64,000 bases of DNA from an uncultured Candidatus Saccharibacteria bacterium (GCA_964644035.1 CAZXUH010000001.1:323712-387711); one strand, 5' to 3'. Positions 10,254-21,156 are shown, counted from the stretch's first letter. Notes: generated by a model not told the origin, from the letters alone. Translations and numbers: made by a program.

Positions 10254-11295
10254 TATCGTCTTGTATCAAAATATCTTTGTATTTTTTAATGTCTTCCAAA
10301 ATAATTCCTGTACCTCGAGCGACTGCTGTCAGTGGATCTTCTGTAATATGCACTGGAATATTGAGATATTCAGCCAAGAGCACATCGATACCCTTGATAA
10401 GTGCTCCACCTCCTGCCAAATGCACTCCTTGGCGCATGACGTCGGCAACCACTTCTGGAGGAGCTGTTTCCAACACTTCTTTTGATGTTTCGATAAGACT
10501 ATCGATAGACTGGGCTGTTGCTTCTCTGATATCAGCATCAGTAATCACCACTTCGCGAGGAAGTCCTGTGACCAGATCCCGTCCTCTTACGGCAGATTCA
10601 AGCGGCATTTCCCCAGGCAAGACCGTACCAATTGCAATCTTAATCGCTTCAGCTGTTTTTTCACCGATCAGAATTTTGAATTCATTGCGAATGTAATTGA
10701 TAATGTCGCTATTGAGACGATCTCCAGCAATTCGAGAATTTTTGGCTCGGACAATACCACCAAGAGCAATGATAGCAATATCAGTCGTACCACCACCAAT
10801 ATCCATGATCATGGCTGCTGTCGGTTCGAAAATCGGCAAACGGATACCAATTGCCGCGGCAGTTGGCTCTTCGACAATATGCACTTCGCGTGCACCAGCA
10901 TTTTTGGCCGCATCGCGCACCGCTCGTGTTTCAACATTGGTAATACCAGACGGTACACCTATTACTACACGAGGACCAAACATTTTCTTTCTTCCTTCTT
11001 CTGCCTTTTTAATAAGATAGCGAAGCATTTCTTCCGTCACTTCGAAATCAGAAATCACTCCATCGACAATCGGTCGAACGGCGACGACATGTTGAGGTGT
11101 ACGACCGAGCATTGCTTTAGCTTGCGTACCTACAGCGACAACCGTGTTTGTCTTTTGATTGACTGCTACCACTGACGGTTCATTGATAACAATGCCGTGA
11201 TCTTTGACATAGACGAGCGTATTGGCAGTACCCAGATCGATACCAATATCGTTTGAAACCCAATCCGTGAGCCCGCGGAAATAATTCTTTGCCAT
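10231..11295 (-). CDS. mreB: Rod shape-determining protein MreB
   Basis: IGIDLGTANTLV, EPSVVA, DIGGGTTDIA, AGGGAL. Confidence 0.96.
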   Translation of the reverse strand: MAKNYFRGLTDWVSNDIGIDLGTANTLVYVKDHGIVINEPSVVAVNQKTNTVVAVGTQAKAMLGRTPQHVVAVRPIVDGVISDFEVTEEMLRYLIKKAEEGRKKMFGPRVVIGVPSGITNVETRAVRDAAKNAGAREVHIVEEPTAAAIGIRLPIFEPTAAMIMDIGGGTTDIAIIALGGIVRAKNSRIAGDRLNSDIINYIRNEFKILIGEKTAEAIKIAIGTVLPGEMPLESAVRGRDLVTGLPREVVITDADIREATAQSIDSLIETSKEVLETAPPEVVADVMRQGVHLAGGGALIKGIDVLLAEYLNIPVHITEDPLTAVARGTGIILEDIKKYKDILIQDDNELPPKK

Positions 11296-11297
11296 AA

Positions 11298-12563
11298 TTA
11301 GTGATTGATTTTAGCACTGACGGCAGCAGAGAGTGTATTGACAGGAATGTTTTCCGTCTTCATGGTCTTACGGTCTTTGTACTCAATAGAACCTTCCTTG
11401 AGGCTTTTTTCACCAATAATAACGATATGAGGAATACCAATGAGCTCGGCATCGGCAAGTTTTTCTCCTGGTCGAAGATCGCGATCATCATACAGCGCCT
11501 CTACACCTTTTTTCGCAAGCGTTTCATAGAGTTCATCGGCTACTTTTTTGATTTCTTCATTTTGTGGCTGCAAAGCTATAATATGCACTTTGAACGGTGC
11601 AATGTGTTCGGGCCAGACAATACCCTTCTCATCACTGAGTGTTTCTACAATTGTTCCCATCACTCTTCCAGGGCCAATACCGTAGCTGCCCATAATTACC
11701 GGTTTCTTTATTCCATCTTCATCGGTAAATTGCAGACCAAGTGGTTCTGAAAATTTTGTACCGAGACTAAAAATATTTCCAACTTCGATCGATTTCTTTT
11801 CAACCATATTTTTCTTATCAAGACCAAGTTCGGCAAGCACTTCATCAGTATAGACTTCTTTATTGACTGCTATGCCCTTTTTCTCATCCACGTAGATCAA
11901 ATCTTCTCCAGCATCAGAAACAGTCTGAAATTCTTCTGAAAACTTGCTAAAGATGCCTCCTGAAGAAAAGACAACATGTGTATACTCACCTAGACCCAAA
12001 CGCTTGAAGATCTGTATATATGCCTGCTTAGCCTTTTCATAAAAACTCTTATGCTGTTCTTCATTGCGAGAAAATGAATACAAATCTTTCATCAAAAATT
12101 CTCTGCCGCGCATGATACCCGACTTTGCTCGCGTTTCATTTCTGAATTTATTCTGAAATTGATACGCATATCTAGGCAAATCTCGGTACGAAGAAATATA
12201 TTCGGTCATGATTTGAGTGAGTGGTTCTTCATGCGTAATACCCAAACCGACTTCTGTATCGTTTTTCAATTTTGTCTTGAACCAATTGTCTACCTTTGCA
12301 TCATCCCAGCGATCGGTTTTTTCCCAGAGCATTTTATCCTGAAGAGCAGTCATAGACATTTCCTGACCACCAATAGCATTCATTTCTTCTCGGATAATTT
12401 GGACAATATTGTTGAGCACTCGAAGACCAAGGGGCAAATAAGAGTAGACACCGGCCATTTCCTTGTGAATGTAGCCTGCTCGGATGAGTAGCTGAGCGTT
12501 TTTCGCCACCTCGTCTTTTGGAGCTTCACGACGAGTTTTGGTGAAGAGTGCGGATTGTTTCAT
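11298..12563 (-). CDS. proS: Proline--tRNA ligase (short form lacking INS editing domain)
   Basis: LLIRAGYI, THEE, FRNETRAKSGIMRGREFLMKDLYSF, EVGNIF, MGSYGIG; likely start MKQSALF. Confidence 0.95.
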   Translation of the reverse strand: MKQSALFTKTRREAPKDEVAKNAQLLIRAGYIHKEMAGVYSYLPLGLRVLNNIVQIIREEMNAIGGQEMSMTALQDKMLWEKTDRWDDAKVDNWFKTKLKNDTEVGLGITHEEPLTQIMTEYISSYRDLPRYAYQFQNKFRNETRAKSGIMRGREFLMKDLYSFSRNEEQHKSFYEKAKQAYIQIFKRLGLGEYTHVVFSSGGIFSKFSEEFQTVSDAGEDLIYVDEKKGIAVNKEVYTDEVLAELGLDKKNMVEKKSIEVGNIFSLGTKFSEPLGLQFTDEDGIKKPVIMGSYGIGPGRVMGTIVETLSDEKGIVWPEHIAPFKVHIIALQPQNEEIKKVADELYETLAKKGVEALYDDRDLRPGEKLADAELIGIPHIVIIGEKSLKEGSIEYKDRKTMKTENIPVNTLSAAVSAKINH

Positions 12564-12602
12564 GCATGTATCGTAGCGCACAACAGCCACGAAATCAAAA
12601 TC

Positions 12603-13709
12603 CTACTTCACAAACAGTTTCAAAATATCGTTGTATGTCACGACTCCCATAAGTAATAGTAGAAGTATGAAGCCAGTAGCATTGACCATATTGGTAAACT
12701 TCACTGGAATTTGTCGGCGAATGACTGACTCAATAAGAACAAACAGTACCCTTCCACCATCGAGTGCTGGAAATGGAAGCATGTTGATGACCGCCAAGTT
12801 TATAGAAATAAATGAAACAAATGAAATGAGATATGGCAAACCGAGCGCTCGAGCACTACCGACAAGTTTGGCAATACCAATCGGACCCGAGACATCCTTG
12901 AATGCATGATCTTCTGTAAATGCATTGCCAATGAAACTAAATATTCCAACAGCAGTATTGATGACTGAATAATACGTAGCTTTTGCTCCTTCGATAAGTG
13001 CGCTGAAAAATGGAAGTTTCAATATACCGATAGAATCGAGTCCAACACCAATCACTGGTTGATCTGAAGCAGCTCCAGCAACTCCTACAGTTGGTACAAC
13101 AACAGCAGAATTTGAAACTTCACCTCTCTTATAATGAAATGTAATTTCTTCACCACCATGTGCATGAATAAAGGTCGTCACTTCTTCTGTGGTTCGAGGA
13201 TAGACGGCATCGTTTTGTGTTTCGAGTAGTTGCACCTCATCGCCTTCTTTGAGACCAGCTAATGCCGCAGGACTTTCTGCCACTACCTGAGTAATGACCA
13301 CATTTACATCTTCAACACGAGTATTGTATGACTGTGCTGACACAGGCAGACCGTGCATGAAGCCGGCCGAGGTAAGCGCCCATGCAAAGAGAACGTTACA
13401 GGTAACACCTGCGACAAGTACGGCCACCTGCCAGTATCGAGGCCGGCTGGTAAAACTACGAGAGCTATCCTCTCCTGTCATTGATTCTTCATTCGGATTT
13501 TCTCCAAATATCTTTACGAAGCCGCCAAAAGGCAACAGGTTGATTGAGTATCTTGTCTCACCACGCTTCCAAGAAAGGACACGGGGTGGAAAGCCAAGAC
13601 CAAATTCATCGACACGCATACCAGAGAGCTTGGCAACGATAAAATGTCCTGCTTCATGAACAAAAACAAGTACCGACAGTACAAATATAAATAAAAGTGC
13701 AGTTATCAT
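12603..13709 (-). CDS. rseP: RIP metalloprotease (M50, PDZ)
   Basis: HEAGH, PFGGFVKI, NMLPFPALDGG. Confidence 0.93.
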   Translation of the reverse strand: MITALLFIFVLSVLVFVHEAGHFIVAKLSGMRVDEFGLGFPPRVLSWKRGETRYSINLLPFGGFVKIFGENPNEESMTGEDSSRSFTSRPRYWQVAVLVAGVTCNVLFAWALTSAGFMHGLPVSAQSYNTRVEDVNVVITQVVAESPAALAGLKEGDEVQLLETQNDAVYPRTTEEVTTFIHAHGGEEITFHYKRGEVSNSAVVVPTVGVAGAASDQPVIGVGLDSIGILKLPFFSALIEGAKATYYSVINTAVGIFSFIGNAFTEDHAFKDVSGPIGIAKLVGSARALGLPYLISFVSFISINLAVINMLPFPALDGGRVLFVLIESVIRRQIPVKFTNMVNATGFILLLLLMGVVTYNDILKLFVK

Positions 13710-14257
13710 TATGAAAGTATTTCTTTTTCTTTCTTGGCAAACAAATCTTCAAGCTTCTTCTGAGCTTCTTTGATATGTTTTTCCATTTCTTCTTTTAGAC
13801 GAAATTTCTCGTCTTCACCCATACCGCCTTCTTTTTCTTTTTTCTGAATATCTTCCCAAATTTCATCGCGCACACCGCGAAGTGCAATGCGAGCTTGTTC
13901 GAGCTTTTCTTTTGCAATTTTTACAAACTGAGTTCTGCGTTCGGTTGTGAGTACTGGGAATGAGACACGAAGACCCTTTTCGTCAACACTTGTACCCAAA
14001 CCAAGATTTGAAGTGCTAATTGCCTTTTCTATAGCCTTTACCTGAGTCTGATCCCATGGAGAAATACGCAATGTACGAGGATCTTCTATACCAACGGAAG
14101 CAACCTGAGAAATACGCATCATCGTGCCGTATGAATCGACTTTGAGATCGTCCAAAATCGCTGGTGTAGCCTGACCAGTGCGAATCTGACCATTTTCCTT
14201 GTGAAGCCAGTCTTCGACGCCTTTTATTTTCTCTTTGAGCTGATTGAAGTTGTACAT
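13709..14257 (-). CDS. frr: Ribosome recycling factor
   Basis: IRTGQATPAILD, ISPWD, LTTERR, KKEKEI. Confidence 0.95.
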   Translation of the reverse strand: MYNFNQLKEKIKGVEDWLHKENGQIRTGQATPAILDDLKVDSYGTMMRISQVASVGIEDPRTLRISPWDQTQVKAIEKAISTSNLGLGTSVDEKGLRVSFPVLTTERRTQFVKIAKEKLEQARIALRGVRDEIWEDIQKKEKEGGMGEDEKFRLKEEMEKHIKEAQKKLEDLFAKKEKEILS

Positions 14258-14262
14258 ATCGG

Positions 14263-14904
14263 TTATTTTGATATAGGCAGTATAAGCGAAAGATGTTCGA
14301 GCAGCAACTTGATCGAGCTACTCGTATCTTCTATATACGATCTGGCCATATAGATTTCTTTCATACTTGCAGCATTGCCTTCTACCCTGCCCCATGCGAC
14401 CAAAGAATCAATAAGTTCTACAGCCTGAGCCCTATCTTTTTTAGTCGTAATTTTCTGCACATATACCAGACGATCAGGTATGCTTTTTTTGATAAATTCT
14501 TTGCCTAGTTTGTCTGAATTGGTTTTTGCTGAAGCAATATAATAGCCGCGAGAGCGCAGTGTATGGATGAGAAGTCCAATATGAGGGATGAGAAAAAAGA
14601 TTCTGCTATTGGCTGCAGGTTCTTCTGTCAGCTTCAGCATGGCATTTTGTGCTTCGCGAGTGATAGCTGATGTTTTGACAATCGCTATGCGTATTCCCTC
14701 TCCAAACGTTCTTGTCGTGAAAAAATCTTTGAGCAATCGTGCTTCGTCGATACCAAGAGATTGATAGTCGACCATATAGACATCTGGGTTGGATGTCAGA
14801 GTGAGATTTTGATCTTCGACCAAATAAGATTGCAACTGAGTATGATTCTCGTCGGTATCTCCTTCTATTATATAGAAATGATGCGTAAGTGGCTCCTTGA
14901 ACAT
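14263..14904 (-). CDS. holB: DNA polymerase III delta' subunit-like
   Basis: SNPDV, GIDEAR, EAQNAMLKLTEEP, TLRSR. Confidence 0.75.
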   Translation of the reverse strand: MFKEPLTHHFYIIEGDTDENHTQLQSYLVEDQNLTLTSNPDVYMVDYQSLGIDEARLLKDFFTTRTFGEGIRIAIVKTSAITREAQNAMLKLTEEPAANSRIFFLIPHIGLLIHTLRSRGYYIASAKTNSDKLGKEFIKKSIPDRLVYVQKITTKKDRAQAVELIDSLVAWGRVEGNAASMKEIYMARSYIEDTSSSIKLLLEHLSLILPISK

Positions 14905-14916
14905 CCTTCAATGGTA

Positions 14917-15939
14917 CTATCTTTTTGAAATAATTGCTTTTTTATAGACGTCCAGATGCTCAAGAGCAATACCAGTACCCTTGGCGACACAGAAATATGC
15001 ATCATCAGCCAAGACAGCTTTGACACCGGTGCGTCTGAAGACGAGCTCAGGAAGATTACGTAACTGCGAAGTGCCTCCGGTCATGATAATTCCTTGATCA
15101 ATAATATCTGCCGCCAATTCTGGTGGAGTCTCCTGAAGGACGACTTTGATAGCATTGATCATTTCACGAAGTTCTTTTGAAATAGCTTTGACGATTTCAT
15201 TGCTGCGCATTTCGATCGAACGTGGTAGACCCGACACAAAATCACGTCCTTTGACGGTCATGACAAGCTCTTCTTCCATAGCCACCGCCGAGCCAATCTT
15301 GATTTTAATATCTTCTGCGGTCTTATCTCCAATCGAGAGATTGAAATTTTTCTTAGTGTAATCAATAATCGCTGCATCTACTTTATTGCCTGCAACTTTG
15401 ACCGATGTCGAGGCGACAATACCTCCAAGAGAAATCACGGCAACGTCGGTCGTACCACCACCAGCATCGACAACCATTCGTCCGACAGGCTCCTGAATAG
15501 GAATACCAGCACCAATTGCAGCCAAAATAGGTTCTTTGACGACATAGGCATTTTTAGCGCCAGCCTTGATAGCAGCTTCAATAACAGCGCGACGTTCAGT
15601 CGAAGTTACGCCAGCCGGCACAGAGATCAAGACATCGGGACGAAAAATATTCCATTTGCCCAAAGCTTTTTGCATATAATATCGAAGCATGGCTTCGGTG
15701 ACGCGATAATCCGCAATCACACCGTCTTTCATTGGACGATAAGCAATAATTTCTTCTGGCGTACGGCCAATCATGTATTTTGCTTCAAGACCGACAGCCA
15801 AAATTTTATTGTCGGTAGAAACAGCAACGACAGAAGGTTCATTGAGCACGACACCCTTGCCCGGCACAAACACAAGTGTATTGGCCGTACCAAGATCGAT
15901 GCCGATTTTTTTTGAGAAGACGCCCATAAGAGTGACCAT
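14917..15939 (-). CDS. mreB: Second MreB/Mbl paralog
   Basis: IGIDLGTANTLV, PMKDGVIADY, DAGGGTTDVAV, TPPELAADI. Confidence 0.93.
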   Translation of the reverse strand: MVTLMGVFSKKIGIDLGTANTLVFVPGKGVVLNEPSVVAVSTDNKILAVGLEAKYMIGRTPEEIIAYRPMKDGVIADYRVTEAMLRYYMQKALGKWNIFRPDVLISVPAGVTSTERRAVIEAAIKAGAKNAYVVKEPILAAIGAGIPIQEPVGRMVVDAGGGTTDVAVISLGGIVASTSVKVAGNKVDAAIIDYTKKNFNLSIGDKTAEDIKIKIGSAVAMEEELVMTVKGRDFVSGLPRSIEMRSNEIVKAISKELREMINAIKVVLQETPPELAADIIDQGIIMTGGTSQLRNLPELVFRRTGVKAVLADDAYFCVAKGTGIALEHLDVYKKAIISKR

Positions 15940-16015
15940 ATACTACGTCTTTTAGAAATATTTTACAAATATTTCATCCCTAGACCTCTATAGCATATAT
16001 GCTATATTGTTATCC

Positions 16016-17539
16016 ATGTCTACCAATGAAGAATTTTTGGCCCAGATCGGCAAGCTTATTGCCGATCTGCGTGAGGAACGTGGCCTTACCCAGTTGGCAT
16101 TTGCCGACAAAATGAACACTACTCAGAGCGCTATTGCTCGTATTGAAAAAGGTGAACAAAATGTCACGACCGAAATGCTCTCACGTATTTCTCAAGCTCT
16201 CAATAGAGATCTTCTTCAGCTTGCCCCTGGTGGCCTCAATATACAGATAGAAGGCGGTCACCCTCTCTCAGGCAATATAGTAACCAAAACCTCTAAAAAC
16301 GGTGCTATGGGCCTTTTGACGGCATCACTTATAAATAAGGGAAAAACAACACTCAGAAATGTTCCAAAGATCGAGGAGGTAAAACGCATGATTGAAGTCT
16401 TTCAATCAATCGGCATAGAAGTAAAATGGTCTGGCGCTGATCTTGAAATCACTCCCCCAACAAAGATTGATTTGAAATCCATCAACAAAGCTTCGGCTGA
16501 ACGCACGAGAAGTATTGTTATGCTTATTGGACCACTCGTGCACTCCATGAAAAAGTTCAAACTCCCCCAGCCCGGCGGATGCAAACTCGGTTCACGAACT
16601 GTTAAACCATATCTGTACGCGCTTGAAAAATTTGGCATCGATATAGAAACAAAATCGACGTGCTACGAAATCAGCGCTCCCAAACTCAAACACGCTGAAA
16701 TCATTTTGTACGAATCTGGCGACACGATTACCGAAACAGCAATTATCACCGCGGCACGCATTCCAGGAAAAACAGTTATCAAATATGCTTCGGCAAATTA
16801 TATGGGTCAGGAAGTCTGCTTCTTTCTTGAAAAGTTGGGTGTAAAAATAGAAGGCATAGGTACCACAACAATCACTGTGCATGGTGTTAAAGAAATAAAA
16901 CAAGATGTCACCTACTATCTTTCTGAAGATCCTATCGAATCGATGTTCTTTATCGCTGCAGCGATTGTTACCAAATCAAAACTGACCGTTAAACGCGCAC
17001 CAATCGATTTCCTTGAACAAGAACTTCTCAAGCTCGAAAAGATGGGTGTGAAATTTAAAATTTCTAAGCGCTACAAATCACTCAATGGTCGCACTGATCT
17101 TGTCGACATCACACTCTCACCTTCTCGCAATCTCATTGCTCTCGAAGAAAAGATTGATGCTCGTCCGTATCCTGGTCTCAATATCGACAACCTACCTTTC
17201 TTCGCCGTCATTGCTACCCAAGCCAAGGGCACGACGCTCATTCACGACTGGGTCTATGAAAAACGCGCTATTTATACCAAAGATCTCGACAAGCTCAATG
17301 CTGATACTATGCTTGTCGACCCACACAGACTCTATATATCAGGCCCTACTAAGCTCAAAGCAGCAGAGGTTATTTGTCCCCCAGCACTTCGCCCTGGTGC
17401 AATCATATTGATAGGCATGCTCGCGGCCGAAGGCACGTCAACACTTCGAAATATTTACAGTATCAATCGCGGCTATGAAGATCTTGTTGCTCGTCTCAAT
17501 TCTATAGGCGCAAAGATCAAAATTCTCAAAGATTACTAA
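16016..17539 (+). CDS. murA: UDP-N-acetylglucosamine 1-carboxyvinyltransferase with N-terminal XRE HTH
   Basis: HTH (LREERGLTQLAFADKMNTTQSAIARIEKGEQN) fused to SKN..PGGCKLGSR..INRGYE. Confidence 0.92.
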   Translation: MSTNEEFLAQIGKLIADLREERGLTQLAFADKMNTTQSAIARIEKGEQNVTTEMLSRISQALNRDLLQLAPGGLNIQIEGGHPLSGNIVTKTSKNGAMGLLTASLINKGKTTLRNVPKIEEVKRMIEVFQSIGIEVKWSGADLEITPPTKIDLKSINKASAERTRSIVMLIGPLVHSMKKFKLPQPGGCKLGSRTVKPYLYALEKFGIDIETKSTCYEISAPKLKHAEIILYESGDTITETAIITAARIPGKTVIKYASANYMGQEVCFFLEKLGVKIEGIGTTTITVHGVKEIKQDVTYYLSEDPIESMFFIAAAIVTKSKLTVKRAPIDFLEQELLKLEKMGVKFKISKRYKSLNGRTDLVDITLSPSRNLIALEEKIDARPYPGLNIDNLPFFAVIATQAKGTTLIHDWVYEKRAIYTKDLDKLNADTMLVDPHRLYISGPTKLKAAEVICPPALRPGAIILIGMLAAEGTSTLRNIYSINRGYEDLVARLNSIGAKIKILKDY

Positions 17540-17599
17540 GCGTCAGCTTTCGAGATTGTTCAAGATGTGGGAAGAATACTCTTCTGCTAATATACCGTC

Positions 17600-19489
17600 A
17601 TGTATCTCACTTCCGTCACGCCGATTGCACGAGGAATCACCAAGGAAACGCTGACGTATTTTTCCAAAGAACGTCCGGCCATGGGCTCTATCGTGACCGT
17701 GCCGCTTCGTGCCAAAAAGATCAAAGGTATAGTGATCGACGTCATCGATGCGACGACTGAAAAATCTCATATCAAATCGCTCAATTACGAACTCAAGAAA
17801 CTCGAAAAACTTGAGTCGAAAAAAATTACTCGACAAGCATTTATCGAAGCAGCCAGTGAAACAGCCACATGGTATGCAAGTACACTCGGCAGTACGCTGT
17901 GGAATTTGTTGCCGCATTCGGTGCTTGTCCAATCTTCAAAGACGCATGCTGTTTCTGAAAAAGGAATTTGCCCTGTAGAAAATAATAAAAAGATCGTCAT
18001 ACGAGGCAACAATGAAGAACGATGGAATACCTATCGCAGTCTTATTCGCGCCAGCTTTGCCAAAAAGAAATCTGCTTTTGTTGCAGTACCAACTATCGAA
18101 GATGCAGAATATGTTGCTGGTTTTATCGGTCGTGGTATAGAAAAATATCTTTTTGTTCTTCACAGTGACCTAAGCCAGAAAAAAATAGTTGAAATCTGGA
18201 ATGAAGCCACCAGCAAGGATCACCCTGTGCTTATTATCGGCACACCACCTTTTTTATCAGTTCCCCGGCAAGATTTGGGCATCATTATCATTGAACGCGA
18301 ACACTCAAGAGCATTTCGCATGCAATCGCGACCATATATAGACATGCGCCGATTTATAGAGACCTATGCCAATATGATAGGTGCCGATCTTGTCTTTGGT
18401 GACAATGTCATAGGTATAGAAACATGGTGGAGAGCAAACCGCAGTGGAGAATATATAGAATATAGAGAAGAACCACCGATTCAAGAATCGACACTCGAAC
18501 TCGTCGATATGTCGACCTATAAAGTAGAAGATGGAAAACCATTTGTCGTTTTGTCTGAAGAAGTAAAACAAACAATTGAACAGACACACAAAAACGGTAA
18601 GCATATGTTCCTCTTTGCACCACGCAAAGGTCTTTACCCTACTACCGTCTGTGTCGATTGTAGTAAGACTGTCACCTGTACACGTTGCAATGCACCCGTT
18701 GTCGTACATGAAAGCAAAAATGACGGATCATTTATTTTTATCTGCCATCATTGCGGACTCGAACGTGCCACCGAAGAGCGTTGTGCCAATTGCGGAAGCT
18801 GGAGACTAGCAGCGCTTGGTATTGGTATTGAGCGCGTCGCTAGTGAGATCAAGAAAAGATATCCTGACATTCCTCTATTTGTAATTGATAAGCACTCAGA
18901 ACCGACCAGAGCCAAGGTTAAGAAAACGATTGAGGCTTTTCATTCCACCCCTGGCAGTATTTTGGTCGGTACTGAATACGCACTACTGTATATGAGAGAG
19001 GTCGAGCAGAGCGCGATTATATCGCTCGATGCACTTTTTCTTATTCCAGATTTTAGAATGCATGAACGCATACTAGGAATACTTGCCAATATCCGCGGTC
19101 GCACAACAAAAAGAATGACGGTGCAGACTCGTGACCCTTCGCATATTATTTTCGAAACTATTGCCAAAAAAACGCTTAGAGAATTTTATATTAAAGAAGC
19201 CGAAATGCGTCGTATCCTCGGCTATCCACCTTTTACCCTTTTTATAAAAATCACTCGCACTGGTAAAAAGGAAAATATCGATCACGACCTCTCTGAACTC
19301 GAAGAAAAACTTTCCAAATACACCACACTCACTTTCCCTGGCCGTATCGAACGTATCAAGGGCATGTTTATCAAACATTTACTTATTAAGTTGCGTCCTG
19401 ATCAATGGATAGATGAAGAATTGTCGGCTATTCTCAAAGCTCTACCACCATCATTTAGCGTGCGAGTTGATCCTGAAACTCTTTTGTAA
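17600..19489 (+). CDS. priA: Primosomal protein N' with degenerate helicase motifs
   Basis: GSIVTVPLR 3'-binding domain, four CxxC pairs, GIGIERV, ILVGT, VQTRDP, GYPPF; no GxTGSGKT. Confidence 0.85.
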   Translation: MYLTSVTPIARGITKETLTYFSKERPAMGSIVTVPLRAKKIKGIVIDVIDATTEKSHIKSLNYELKKLEKLESKKITRQAFIEAASETATWYASTLGSTLWNLLPHSVLVQSSKTHAVSEKGICPVENNKKIVIRGNNEERWNTYRSLIRASFAKKKSAFVAVPTIEDAEYVAGFIGRGIEKYLFVLHSDLSQKKIVEIWNEATSKDHPVLIIGTPPFLSVPRQDLGIIIIEREHSRAFRMQSRPYIDMRRFIETYANMIGADLVFGDNVIGIETWWRANRSGEYIEYREEPPIQESTLELVDMSTYKVEDGKPFVVLSEEVKQTIEQTHKNGKHMFLFAPRKGLYPTTVCVDCSKTVTCTRCNAPVVVHESKNDGSFIFICHHCGLERATEERCANCGSWRLAALGIGIERVASEIKKRYPDIPLFVIDKHSEPTRAKVKKTIEAFHSTPGSILVGTEYALLYMREVEQSAIISLDALFLIPDFRMHERILGILANIRGRTTKRMTVQTRDPSHIIFETIAKKTLREFYIKEAEMRRILGYPPFTLFIKITRTGKKENIDHDLSELEEKLSKYTTLTFPGRIERIKGMFIKHLLIKLRPDQWIDEELSAILKALPPSFSVRVDPETLL

Positions 19490-19490
19490 A

Positions 19491-19523
19491 ACCTCCCTCA
19501 TTCCCTCCTTAATAAAGGAGGGA
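19491..19523. repeat. REP-like palindrome
   Basis: ACCTCCCTCATTCCCTCCTT-AATA-AAGGAGGGA; related to 56052-56107. Confidence 0.55.
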
Positions 19524-19573
19524 TGCCTCTAAAGTACAGATATTTTGAGTAGAATGAGCCGAAATGCTATAGT

Positions 19574-20089
19574 GTGCGCATGGTAACCATAGTCCAAAGG
19601 GATAACCCCGTACTCAGAGAAAAAGCCAGCCCCGTAAAGCCCGAAGAGGTCAATACGCCTGCTTTTAAGCGTATAATCAAAGACATGAAGGAGGCTCTCA
19701 ACTCTCAAGATGACGGTGTGGCTATTGCTGCCTGCCAGATTGGCGTACCGTTACGTATCTTTGTGGTTTCAAAAAAAGTATTTGAACTTCTCGACGAAGA
19801 TGTAAAAGATGCAAAGGATTTGGTCTGCATCAATCCCGAAATCACTAAACTCTCAAAAGATAAAAAATGGGTGCCTGAAGGCTGCCTTTCGGTGAGATAT
19901 TTGTATGGAAAAATAAAACGTAGCAATAAAGCCACGATCAAAGCCATCGACGAATCAGGAAAACCTTTTTCATATGGCGGATCGGGATTGCTTGCTCAGG
20001 TATTTCAGCATGAAATGGATCATTTGGAAGGTATTTTGTTTACCGATAGTGCTAAAGAGATCGAGGATCTCCCACCGAAGTCAAAATAA
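19574..20089 (+). CDS. def: Peptide deformylase
   Basis: GVAIAACQIG, EGCLSV, QHEMDHLEG. Confidence 0.96.
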   Translation: MRMVTIVQRDNPVLREKASPVKPEEVNTPAFKRIIKDMKEALNSQDDGVAIAACQIGVPLRIFVVSKKVFELLDEDVKDAKDLVCINPEITKLSKDKKWVPEGCLSVRYLYGKIKRSNKATIKAIDESGKPFSYGGSGLLAQVFQHEMDHLEGILFTDSAKEIEDLPPKSK

Positions 20090-20090
20090 T

Positions 20091-21008
20091 ATGTACTCGA
20101 CGCCCGCTCCGGCCCAGCTCGCGCATTTTGTGCAGCGCAATCTGCCCGTTCACTTCGTCTTTTTTGGTAGCTCATCGTTTTCGGTATGTGTACTTGAAGA
20201 GCTTGAAAAAGCTGGTGTGCTTCCGATAGCTGTCGTCACCATGCCCGACAAACCAAAAGGTAGAAATCTTGTCATGACCCCAACAGAAGTAAATCTCTGG
20301 GCAAAAGAAAGAGATATCGATGTGCTCACTCCAGAAGTTTTGCAGGACGAATCTTTTATAGAAAAACTCAAGCAATACGATGCCAATGTCTTTATTGTTG
20401 CTTCATATGGAAAAATAATTCCAGAACACATCATTGAGCTTCCTAAAAACAAAACACTCAACGTTCATCCATCACTTTTACCAAAATATCGTGGTTCATC
20501 CCCTGTCGAATCGATGATTCTTAATAATGAAGAACATCCTGGTGTATCGATCATGCAGCTCGACAAAGAAATGGATCACGGTCCTATCGTCGCTTCACTT
20601 GAAGTCAAACCTCTCGAGTGGCCAGTGATCAATGACGCGGCTATTACCTTTTTCGGACACGAAGGTGGCAAACTTCTGGCTTCTATTCTCTCCGACTGGA
20701 ATGCTGGTACTATCACCCCTGCTCCACAGGATCACGCTCAAGCGACATATACTAAAAAAATAAGTAAAGAAGATGGTTTGCTTGATCTTACTGAAGATCC
20801 ACTTAAGAATTATTTAAAAATTCTTGCCTATCATAGCTGGCCAAAAGCGTACTTTTTTGATGATTTTAATGGCAGAAAAATCAGGGTGATCGTGACCGAA
20901 GCAGTCTTCGACAATGAACAACGAGTACTAACGTTTATCAAAGTCATTCCTGAAGGAAAGAAAGAAATGGCGTACACTGACTATCTCAAAGGCAAAAGAT
21001 CAGCCTAG
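20091..21008 (+). CDS. fmt: Methionyl-tRNA formyltransferase
   Basis: VVTMPDKPKGR, VASYGKII, NVHPSLLPKYRG, MDHGPI; start placed just after the def stop. Confidence 0.94.
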   Translation: MYSTPAPAQLAHFVQRNLPVHFVFFGSSSFSVCVLEELEKAGVLPIAVVTMPDKPKGRNLVMTPTEVNLWAKERDIDVLTPEVLQDESFIEKLKQYDANVFIVASYGKIIPEHIIELPKNKTLNVHPSLLPKYRGSSPVESMILNNEEHPGVSIMQLDKEMDHGPIVASLEVKPLEWPVINDAAITFFGHEGGKLLASILSDWNAGTITPAPQDHAQATYTKKISKEDGLLDLTEDPLKNYLKILAYHSWPKAYFFDDFNGRKIRVIVTEAVFDNEQRVLTFIKVIPEGKKEMAYTDYLKGKRSA

Positions 21009-21084
21009 TCTCCTATCTTTTCTCGTCAGTATTTAGGCTAAAAATCGTTTACTTTTGACCTGATTCTTGATATATTCTGCGTAT

Positions 21085-21156
21085 TCCCCTGTAGCTCAGC
21101 GGTAGAGCAAGCGACTGTTAATCGCTTGGTCGTAGGTTCGATCCCTACCGGGGGAG
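21085..21156 (+). tRNA. tRNA-Asn(GTT)
   Basis: Acceptor stem TCCCCTG/CGGGGGA, D-arm GCTCAGCGGTAGAGC, anticodon loop CTGTTAA, T-arm GTAGGTTCGATCCCTAC; followed by CCC rather than CCA. Confidence 0.96.
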
